NCBI RefSeq assembly: GCF_009914755.1 | Contig: NC_060926.1 | Source: the human T2T-CHM13v2.0 reference genome, Homo sapiens | DNA: 64,000 nucleotides | Direction: 5' to 3' (one strand) | Shown: positions 24,740-35,653 of the stretch, one piece after another | Layout: every line of letters starts with the position of its first letter | Numbering within the stretch: position 1 is the first letter of the stretch | Position numbers and translations under genes: made by a program | Notes under the pieces: generated by a model | Seen by the model: only the letters and a program-made list of their open reading frames with translations | Told to the model about the DNA's origin: nothing | Database searches by the model: none

Positions 24740-26160
24740 GAAGATTATTAACAGTTGCAGATTGGTATCTTTGGACTCATGGATGAACACTCCCTCTTTT
24801 TTGTTCGCTATGAAGGATTTGGAGGGATTTTTCTCTGATGGCCCTTTAATGGCCTGACTTTCTGGCTTATCCTGGAGCCCAAGGTAAGAAGAAATCTTCT
24901 TGTCCTTTCCTCCAGGTCAATAGTTTCTCATATCATGGAATCACAGCCAGCTGAAATACCATGTATAATCACTACAGAAACCCAGTGAGAGGGGCAAAGA
25001 GATGCTGGTAGATGTCTCTGGAAATGTCATAGGTTATATACAGCAGTTTAAAATTTGAAGATAATCCAGGAGACAGGCTTCTCAGCCTACTCCTCTGCCA
25101 CACTTCTTCCATAATCAGAGATGTTCTAACCCCTCACAGTGGATATAAGCATCATCAGATGAGCACCTAGCCATATCTGCTGTATTCCTCCATGGATCTT
25201 GCCTCTTCCCTAGGGAATGGAGAGCTTCAGTTATTTTGATGTTGAAAGAGTTCAGCCCTCAGGTCCCTCCATCATTTCCCAACTTTCATTTTTGGAGGTC
25301 CAATAGGGAGAACTTCTCATTTTCAGATTGTCACCTGATACCAGACTACCAGGAGATCTTCTTCTTCTCTTTCTCCTTCAACTTTCCCACCCATCCTGAG
25401 GTTTTGGGTTTCTAGGAGTATCTACCAAACTTCTCATAATTGTCTCCAGATTGGAAGCATGTTCATGAATGTGGTCACTAAACTGTGGCCCAGGTTTGTA
25501 CTGAAGAATTCATTAAGCAGATATGACAACAGACATATTTCCATGCCCTGAGAGCCCCCTGTTAGGAATTTGACATGAATTCCTTCCTACAGTAACTCCA
25601 TGACCCTCAACATAAATTCAGTGTTTTTTGCTAAAATCATGCTCTTAGATATTATTCCCTAATGGAATGTAAAGTTTCTTCTCCTTCGACTTTCTACCAA
25701 AGTTGCTTGGTTAACAGCCACAATTTGGAACTAGATGATGGAAATAGAGAGCAGCCCCAGCCCTCTTGGTTTCCCTAGAAAAGCATGACTACACGCTTTT
25801 CTACATATCATTCCCAAAGCAGCCACGTATTCACATTAGCCTGATTTTGAAAAATACTATCTCGGTTTTTTGATTTCTTGAAGTGTCTTGAATCTTTGTG
25901 CTTAAGCAGAACTTTTCTTTCTTCTGTTAATGTTAACTCATCTTCATGTGTAAAGCAATCCACAAAATGAAAGCTGTTGTTTCTGAACCCTTTCTTTTTT
26001 CATTTAAAAATTGGCCTCACTTTATAATGCATTCATAAAGTTTGGTCTTAAGGTGTTCACGGCAAATGTCTCTTATAGCTCTTTTAGCCTTCATGGTTTC
26101 TCCATCACTGTTGTTAGGCTCTGAAAACCCTGTGTTGCCTCACACCCAGACCTGCCACCA
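24740..26160 (-). mobile_element. Candidate highly decayed Gypsy-type LTR retrotransposon internal region (PBS, gag-like, protease-like)
   Basis: Minus strand: ...ACA then TGGTGGCAGgtcTGGG (Leu-type PBS-like); by-eye translation gives gag-like, knuckle-like and KDTN protease-like remnants in the expected order; many stops. Confidence 0.4.
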
Positions 26161-27259
26161 TGTGTTCTCTCTTTAGGAGACCAATATGAAATGAGGCTGG
26201 CAAAAAATTACTCTTTGCACCATGTGGTGGTTATTAGAGAATCACAGTAAATTGTGATACATGTGTGAAATTACTTACTGAAAATACAGATCAATCTCAG
26301 AGGAGAAATTTAATATTAGGAGGTAACAATGAATTTTCAACTTAGTTTGCATTTTTCTTTTTTTCTACACAGACATTTTAAAGCTTGATCTTTCTAAGAG
26401 TAGTACTGGAGACTCTGTCCATAGTTTTTCTGTGTTCTTCCTGCTTTCAAGTATGTTCCCTTACTCATGTTTAGTTTACATGTAAACTTCTAGTTGAAAT
26501 TATCACAAAATGAAATCATGGACAAATTGAAGGCCAATAGTGAAACGAAACAACTTTGGTAGATGGCCTACTGCAGAGAGACAAAAGAGAATTTGGAGTT
26601 TTAAAGTCTGTTACAGATACTTCACCTAAGAGGTGATACATGTGTTTAAAGGTCAGTTATCAAGTCCTGTGCTCTGGAGGTGGGGGCAGCAAGGCAGTTG
26701 AAACCCAGGAAAAGAATAATTGACTACATTACTCTTTTCTAGTCAACATAATCAAGGAAAAACAGACTCTGATGAGACCAGTACTGATGCAGGGAGGCTC
26801 CCAAAGAGACATTCATTCTGTCCAGAGGAAATACCTTTGCTAAAGATATTGAGCCTTTATGGTAGGAGGAGGATATAACTGATTATATATAGGTAAAGAT
26901 CTAGCTTAACAGACTTGGGATACTTAAGGCAAAGGAGGAACATCCCAGACACTAACATTCTTCCTATGTAAAACCTACCTTAAAACTGCTCCTGGTAAGC
27001 TTGCAATCACTAGCTCATTTATTCCTTCAGGTTTAATGTATTCTTTCTATCCTAATTGTGACCATGAATTACCCTCTGCCTCTTTGGTACCTTGACTTTA
27101 ATCAAAGTATTTTTCAAAATATCACTTGACTTAACCTTCTCATCATTGTAGGTTAACACTGACCACATGTAAGTTAAAATTAAGTTTATCAACATGTCTC
27201 GAGTTATATATACACTCTATCTCTACATTTGTATTAATATTTCTCTTTTGATAGATGGA

Positions 27260-27278
27260 TATGTGTGTGTATATGTAT

Positions 27279-27316
<38 letters not shown>

Positions 27317-27317
27317 T
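27260..27317. repeat. Compound (TG)/(CA)/(TA) microsatellite
   Basis: Seen directly. Confidence 0.92.
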
Positions 27318-28439
27318 CTTCCAAACTATATTTTATGATAAAATTTCTCCACAATGATTTTTTGTACTAGTCATCACACATGCTGGGTTTTATATTCTTT
27401 TTTGTAAATATGTCTTTAGGCAATTCACATGTAATTTGTTTAGTCAATGAGTTTCTTGTCACATATATACAAAGGTCTTTTATTCAAGATCAGATTTTTA
27501 CAAAAGATTTTTCTGGTGGAATATTTGTGTACTTTGTTAGCCTGAGACCTAACATAAAACCAGTTTTTCTTACAATGAAGAGTTAAATAATGTTTGCTCT
27601 TAGATTATTTTACTGCCTGTACTATATAATGGACCTACTGCTTTGGCATGATGATTCACTAAATATTTCAACTTTCCTTGAAGTGATTTGAGGATTTTAA
27701 GCCACAGGAAGCAGATGCTTTGTCTTTAGGCATAATGTTCTTGGAATGAGAATGTTTATTTTTATTCTCAGTTACTGATTATATTCTGTTACTGATTAAT
27801 ATATTGTTTCATTTTATTTTTTATCATCTTCTTGATGATCATTGCCATTAAATGATAATTATTAAGGGTTTCCATTTGGAAGTTTACAAGTATTTAGGCA
27901 AAATTCTTTGGCTATTCCCCCTATTCTCAAGAGGTTGAAGTATATAAACAGATGGCATTTATTTCTATGGCAAATAGCAACAAGAAAGTTATACAAGGAA
28001 CAGGAAAAAAGGATTTAACAATCAAATGATAACTATTTAGGGCTCCTATGCAAGTGTTGCATAGACTGGAAATAGGACATATGTGGTAAGTGGTAAAAAC
28101 AGATTTTTCTAATCCAAGCAAGACTTTGGTGTGAATATTTTAATCTGTTCTAATTGACACCAGTTTCCATGATCTAATGGGCATTGTGTGATCCACATTG
28201 GTCAGCTGAGTGAGAAAGCCAAAGTGACTCCATTAACTGTGCCAAGGCTCCTCCTCTGGATGGAGAAACATTATCAGATAAGTTTTATTACAAATATATT
28301 TTGAGAAAGCTTTGGAAAGAAGAGGATATTTTAGGTACAGAGGCTACTACTTGAATAATTGAGCCAAAGAAGGTACAGTGAATCATTTTGAAGTATTTGT
28401 TCTGTTCAGGATGATTCTCGATTGACCTTAGCTCTCCAA

Positions 28440-28858
28440 ATGGGGAAAACCAAAGCCACATTAGTATTTTATGAGCACCTGATCACATGACATGGACCAA
28501 GAGTGGAGATTTAAATAAAATGAGGAAATTGGCATTTCTTTTCCAGAAAACTGAAGTTAGCACTAAGATTATCTGTCCTTTCATTTTGTGATATTCATAA
28601 CACATAAACTTGTGAGTCACCGAATGACCATCCCATGCCTTCCAGGTAGATTGAGTATCAGAGAAAGTTCACAGGGGAAGAGAAACCCCAAACCATAGAG
28701 ACTGGAGACTGCAGATGAGAGAACAGTACTACTTCAACTGCCTGATATCTTTGCATTTCCAGGTTTCATTCTTCTTTTATCTGACCACACTTCTTTCTTT
28801 TTATTTCATGAAGAAAAGTAGGGTTTGTTTCTTATAACAAAGAGTTTAAATATAAATA
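28440..28858 (+). mobile_element. Old MaLR LTR (MLT1L/M-like)
   Basis: catggaccaagagtggag...; 3' end gtagggtttgtttcttataacaaagagt resembles an MLT1 terminus. Confidence 0.4.
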
Positions 28859-29484
28859 TGGCACCGATGAATTAATTGACACAGGAAGAAAGGGAATAGG
28901 CCAGGAATCAGAAGAGAAAGAAGCATAATATATCCCTAGTTAGAGGTCCTATATTTATTTCTCATTTACTTTCTAAATGACTTTCTTTAAATGCCACTGC
29001 AGTTTGGTTCTGTCTTTATAACTATATTGGATATATGCAAATATTGGATTTAGGAAATCAAAGCTCTGTCTATATATAGATAGATATGGCAAAGAAACAT
29101 TTTACTTAGCATTTTACACTCTGTACTGTGATACAATTAGACTTTGCAAACAACAGCAAACAAATGATTTGGCAAGGGAAACACAGTCTCATGTGCTTGA
29201 GCATCAGCATCAGAATCAGCTCTGGCTCCTGTCCTCTCTGTCTTCATCCTCGACTGCTCTGTTAAACATTCACTGAATGGGGTTTCCGAGTCTAAAATCT
29301 TTTGATTGCTTTTATTTGTATCAGATTACCTCTTAAGGCACTTTTAGTACTCTCTCTTGCTTGCACTGACAAGAGGCAGAACGTCAAATACATGGTTTGC
29401 AGACACTCAATGATGATCAAACCTTCTAGGATGAGAAGTAAAATTTCATGGAAGTCGTAGGATAACCCATCATTGTGGAATTTC

Positions 29485-29685
29485 ACTGACTTGGGTTCAA
29501 CATTCACCAGCAGTGTGATCCTGTGGGAGTTATTTAACCTTTCTGATCCTCAGCGTTCTCATCTGTAAGTGGGGATTATGATGTTCATATGATAGGCCTG
29601 TTAGAATTACAGCAAGGTAACACATGCAATGTGTAGGGCATGGATTCTGTCACATCATAGACACAAAGACAAGGCGTATTATTGT
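29485..29685 (+). mobile_element. MIR SINE
   Basis: gacttgggttcaa...gttatttaacctttctgatcctcagcgttctcatctgtaagtgggga. Confidence 0.75.
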
Positions 29686-30853
29686 TAACTTGCTAGAGGG
29701 AAATCCCTTAACACTCTGATTCTTAATTTAGTCACGTTATTGATGACCGAAATCCATTTGTACTCCTTATGTACGCAGAAGCTTTCAAACTTTATTTCCA
29801 GCAGCAGAGCTACACTCAGGTAATAAGTCAGCTAAAGAATGTTTTTTTCCTTGAATGAATTATGCGTCTGGTGTGCTAAATTTTCTCAAGGCAGTCAACC
29901 ATAAAAATTATATTATGTATTTCTGTTGTGTAACTTGTGTGAAAGTAGAGTTTGTCAAAACTGGCTGCTCAGCATTTAATGAGACCCTCCACTGCATTTG
30001 ATCCCGAGTCAAGCTATATATAAGGAGGGTAAACAAGGAGGTCAGAGAAGGGAGCTCAAACTAAGGAAATCATGCTATAAATAATAAATGGAGAACTTTT
30101 AAAAACTAAAATAAAATTGGTAGAAAAATTCAACTAATTGTCATCTTTTTTTATAAGTGAATGGTGAGTTTGCTTTGTGTGTGCCAAGACCTAAAATTAA
30201 AGAATTTCATTTCCCTTGAAGTCCTTAATACTCTTTGGTGAAATATGAAGCAGATGTCTCTATGACCTCTACCTAATTGAACAGGAATGTCATGGGGAGG
30301 AGAGTCATCAATCTCTGGATTGTCTTGGAAAAAGGTCCTGAGGATTTTCATGTACACTGTTACATGTAGACTAAGTTAGAATATTACATAAAATTAAGAG
30401 AAAATATTATAGCACCCTGCTTTTTATGCATCTACATTTAGATGGATGGAGTTTACAATCAAGTGCATAACAATGAAGTTTTACTTTCTTTGTCTCTAAT
30501 TCATTGCAATGTTAAATGGTATTTTATCCTGGAATTTATTAAAAGATATTTAAATATTCTGAGCTCATCTTGTTTTCCAGCCACCTTGATTTGAGTGTCA
30601 AATGCTCATCCACGGTCTGCTGATTGCTTGAAGACAGAGTTGCAGTGCATACTGCAGTGTTTCTGAGTGGGTTTCTGCCTTTTGTAATCATTGCAAATTA
30701 CAAATACCATTTGCACAGAACATGTTGCACTGCATCAGGATGACCACCTGCTTGTCTACCTGACCTATTATGCTATGAGAGGTTATACTTCCTATTGCTT
30801 GTTGTATATTCATCATCTACAACCATTTTCAGCCTAACTCTTTAGTACATTAC

Positions 30854-33161
30854 TGTATTAGCCCATTTTCATACTGCTATAACAAACTACCTGAAACTGG
30901 GTAATTTATAAATAGAAGAGGTTTAATTGTCTCACCGTTACACATGGCTAGGGAAACCTCAGAAAACTTATAATCATGGTGGAAGGCAATGGAGAAACAA
31001 GCACTTTCTTCACAAGGCAGCAGGAGAGATGAGGGAATGGGAGTGAACTGCCAAATACTTTTAAAGCATCATTCACTAGAACAGCATGGGGGAAATGACC
31101 CACATTATCCAATCACCTCCCACCAGGTCCCTCCCTTGACATGTGCAAATTACAATTTGAGATGAGATTTGGGTGGGGACACAGAGCCAAACCATATTAA
31201 TCCACCTCTGGATCCTCCCAGATCTCATGTTTTTCTCACGTTTCAAAACATATCATGCCTTCCCAACACACCCCCAAATTCTTGATTTATTCCAACATTA
31301 ACCCAAAAGTCCACAATCCAAAGTTTTATCTGAGATAAGGCAAATCCCTTCCACCTATGAGCCTGTAAAAACAAAAGCAAGCTACTTACTTCCAAGATAC
31401 AATGGGGGTACAGGCATTGGGTAAATTTTCCCACTCCAAATGGGAGAAATTGGCTAAAACAAAGGGGGCTACAGGCCCCATCCAAGTTCAAAATCCAGTA
31501 GGTCAGTCATTAAATCTCAGAGCTCCAAAATGATCTTCTTTAACTCCATATCTCACATCCAGGGCACACTGATGCAAAGGGTGGGCTCCCATGGCTTTAG
31601 GCAGCTTCTTCACAGGCTGCCATTGAGTGCCTGTGCATTTTCCAGGTGCACAGTGCAAGATGTCAATGGATCTACCATTTTGGGGTCTGGAGAATGGTGG
31701 TCCTCTTCTCACAGCTCCCCTAGGTAGTGCCTCATTGAGGACTCTCTGTGGGGGCTCCAACCCCACATTTCCACTCTGCATTATCCTAGTAGAGGTTCTC
31801 CATGAGGGCACCACTCCTGCAGCAGATTTCTACCTGGACATCCAGGCATTTTCACACATCCTCTGAAACCTAGGTGGGGGCTCCCAAAGCTCAACTCTTG
31901 TTTTCTGTGCACCCACATGCCCAACACCATGTGGAAGCCACCAAGGCTTGGGGATTGCACTCTCTGAAACAGTTGCTCAAGCTGTACCTTGGCCTCTTTT
32001 AGCCATGGCTGGAGATGGAGTGGCTGGGATACAGGGCACCATGTCTCAAGGCTTTACAGAGCAGCAGAGTCCTGGGCCTGGCACACAAAACCATTTTTTC
32101 CTCCTAGGCCTCTGGGCCTGTGATGGGAGGGGCTGCCATGATGATCTCTGAACTATCCTGGAGACATTTTCCTCATTATCTTGGCTATTTAACATTCAGC
32201 TTCTCTTTACTTATGCAAATTTCTGCAGCCAGCTTGAACTTCTCCCCAGAAAATGGGGTTTTCTTTTCTACTGCATGGCCAGGCTGCAGATTTTCCAAAC
32301 TTTCATGTTCTACTTCCCTTTTAAACATAAGCTTCAATTTCAGATAATCGTTTTGCAAACACATATGACTGTATGCTTTCAGAAGAAGCCAGTTCACATC
32401 TTGAATGCTTTGCTGCTTGGAAATTTTTCCTGCCAGATAGCCTAAATTAACTCTCCCAAGTTCAGAGTTTCACAGATGTCTGGGGCAGGGGCAAAATGCT
32501 GCCAGTCTCTGCTTAAAGCATAGCAAGAGTGACCTTTGTTCCAGTTCCCAATAAGTTCCTCATCTCTATCTGAGACCACCTCAGCCTGGATTTCATTGTC
32601 CATATCACTATCAGCATTTTGGTCAAAAGTATTCAACAAGTCTCTAGGAAGTTCCAAACTTTCCCACATTTTCGTGTTTTCTTCTGAGCCCTTCAAACCC
32701 GTCCAACTTCTGCTTATTAACCAGTTCCAAAGTCTTGTCTACACTTTCAGGTTATCTTTATAGCAGTACCCCACTATCCCAGTAACAATTTTCTGTATTA
32801 ATCCATTTTCATGCTGATATAAAGAACTGCCTGAGACTGAGTAATTAATAAAAAAAAGAGGTTTAATTGACTCACAGTTCCACATGGCTGGGAAGGCCTC
32901 AGGAAACTTACAATCATGGCAAAAGGCAAATGAGAAGCAAACACTTTCTTCACAAGGCAGCAGGACAATGAGCGAGAGAGAGGAGGGAAGTGCCACACTT
33001 TTAAACCATCAGATTATTTGAGAACTCTCTGACTATCATGAGAACAGCTTGGAGGAAACCTCCCCATGATCCATTCACCTCCCACCAGGTTTCTCCCTCA
33101 ACACATGGGGATTACAATTTGAGATGAGATTTGGGTGGGGACACAGAGTCAAACCATATCA
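30854..33161 (-). mobile_element. Complete THE1D-like MaLR provirus (3' LTR 30854-31199, internal 31200-32793, 5' LTR 32794-33161)
   Basis: Two homologous LTRs (tgtatta...gagatttgggtggggacacagag..aaaccatat.a) around a typical THE1-int; TSD attac/attgc. Confidence 0.95.
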
Positions 33162-34250
33162 ATTGCCTCATCATCACTTACCTGATTTGTTCCAACATCT
33201 TTTTCCAGATCACCTCACCTCTTATCTTGCTTTCCTCCATAACAGAGTGATCATTATAGCCAGCAAAAAGGGGTATCCCTTTTTTGCACAAATTTCTCTA
33301 GTAGTTACCTATGGTTTAGGGAAAACTAAAACAAATCTTGCATTGAAATACTATATAAACTTTGTTAATAAGAATGATTATCTTATTTTAAATTTATGCA
33401 CTTCTTTCAATGGTGTTTTAGCAATGCGAAGCTTATACCTCCAGAATCTCCCACTTATTTTTCTCATATACAAGCTGGATGGAGAAGTAAATAGCAGAAA
33501 AATAAATTGATGATATATAAGCTGTGGGATAGCTCAGGACCAGAGCCCTGAAGGCAGTGTTCTAAGCATGACCTGGATTACTTATTGCTAAAGCAAGTTT
33601 CTTGGTCCTAGCTCATAATCAAGCCTGGAATGGAGAACTCTTTCTGTTGTACTATGATACTGCCAACTTTAGTACACTCCCTGGTGATGTTTTTGTTCAC
33701 TATGGGTAGAGAACCACAACCTTAGGCCATTCAATGGGTATTGGAATGGATTGCAGAAATAGAAATCTATGGTACTGAACTTGGTAGCACATGGAGGTCC
33801 TACATGTAGTATTCTGAAGGTTAATAACAAACATAAAAATTATCTGTGAAACTTCTGTAACACTTATCTGTGATCCATGTACTAAGCAATATTGTAAAAT
33901 TGATTTCTTACTGTGGATTGTAGTCACAAAGTTTTGAAAGCCCTTGCTCCAGGGAAGTAAAATATGCAATATGTGAAACAATCTAATTCTAATATTTAAA
34001 TATAGATACTTATGCCTACTTTTAAAAAGGGTGAGCATAGGAATGGTCATATGGGTCAGTACTGAGTTGCATCCCTCTTGCATTAAGTCAAGGCCCAAGG
34101 GAAATGTACAAATCCTCACAATGCTGAATCCTGTGAAGCTATGGATCAAGGCTATGTTCCACATTCATTAGAGCCCTCAACGTGCATTATTTCCTATCTG
34201 TTCAGTCTGAAGCCTTCAAAAAATAAATATTTTGATGGAAAGTAGACTAG

Positions 34251-34365
34251 TAGGGTGACCAACTTATTCCTATTTTTCTAAGACTTTCCCCATTTTAGCA
34301 CAGAAACTCCTGTTTCCTGGCAACCCCCTCAGTTCCAGGCAAACCAGGACAGTTGGGTTACTCTA
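34251..34365. mobile_element. MER81 (hAT-Blackjack MITE)
   Basis: tagggtgaccaac...gttgggttactcta terminal inverted repeats, ~115 bp. Confidence 0.8.
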
Positions 34366-35237
34366 TGTGTAATGCAGTAAATCATCTAAGCTGTTTGTAT
34401 TTTATTCAAACAAAATTTTACTTCCAATTCCAACATAAACCAGTTGCATTTGAAGCTGCTGTGCTCTAAATAAGGAGAGATGCCAAAGCCTTTCCCAATT
34501 AACCCAATGCTGTCATCATCATCCCTAACTCTTGTCCAAGGGTTCTATGAGGACATGTGATTACATCATAGCCTTCCTGCCTGTCTCTCTTATTGGCTAG
34601 GTTTTACTGATTATGATATTTTCTCTGATGCTAAATTTCCTCATCTGGAATATGAAAATCAATATTTTTAGGGTGGCTGTGATATTTAAATTTCTCCTAC
34701 TTGAGGCCAACTTGATTTACAAACCACTTCTATGACAGTATGCACCATAGACAGTGAAATCTCTTCAGTGCTTTTCTCTGGAAAATAATTACAAAGCATA
34801 ATCATACCTCCTAAGTTGCTTGCCTTGCATAGATTTATACAATAGTATTTAAAGACTGAAATTTAAGTAGCAAAAGCAATAGGAATACAAATGTCAAAAG
34901 AGTTGTAGCAGGTGCTTACATTTTAGTATCTTGATTTTGAGCAGTCTCCAATAGAAAGATCGGGGCTCTTTGTAAGTATTATACAGTAATGGAAATAAGA
35001 AATGACTAGACAGGCAAACCTGTGGCCAAATCATAGACTAATGGAAAGTCTTATATTATCCATAAATTCTAGAACTTTTGGTTTTGGTGCTGATATATGT
35101 GTGTTACTCATAACAATTGGGTTCTCAAAGGAAACTGGTCATTTCACTGTAACTGCCCTTTCAAAAATGCAGATGTTGTGGGTTAGTATCATAAACTTAC
35201 AGATTAAAATATTGTTAAAGGCAAGGACTTAGAAATA

Positions 35238-35653
35238 CAGATGGTCGCCAACATAGAATGGTTCCACTTAGGATTTTTTGACTTTATGATGGTGCGAAAG
35301 CCATATGCATTCAGCAGCAAGCACATTTCGAATTCTGAAGTTTGATCTTTTTCTGGGCTAGTGTTACATGATACAATACTCTTTCATGATGCAGGCAGCA
35401 GCACTGGGGCACAGCTCCCAATCAGCCACATAATTGTAAGGGCAAAGAACACATGCTTTACACTGTTCTGTGTTGCCGGATGATTTTGCCCAGCTAAGGC
35501 TAATGGGAGTGTTCTAGGGACGTTTAAGGTAGGCTAGGCTAAACTGTGATGTTTAGTAGATTAAGTGTATTCGAAGTATTATGGACTTACAATATTTTCA
35601 ACTTATGATGGGTTTATCAGGATATAACCCCATCATAAGTCAAGAAGCCTCTG
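35238..35653. mobile_element. MER47B/Tigger5-derived TcMar-Tigger element
   Basis: TA|cagatggtc...tttaaggtaggctaggctaa...ataaccccatcataagtcaagaagcctctg|TA, with TA target duplication. Confidence 0.88.

Noticed and set aside
26148-26162. Plus-strand Kozak-like GCCACCATG
   Set aside because: Followed by a stop within five codons; better explained as the reverse complement of a PBS-like sequence
31243-32998. Cluster of ORFs in THE1-int (and 55643-56856 in MST-int)
   Set aside because: Fragments of the decayed MaLR internal ORF and antisense frames; no intact product
33700-34164. Longest ORF (154 aa); likewise the 141-aa ORF at 12327-12752
   Set aside because: No recognisable domain or splice structure; such lengths can arise by chance with alternative starts in 64 kb
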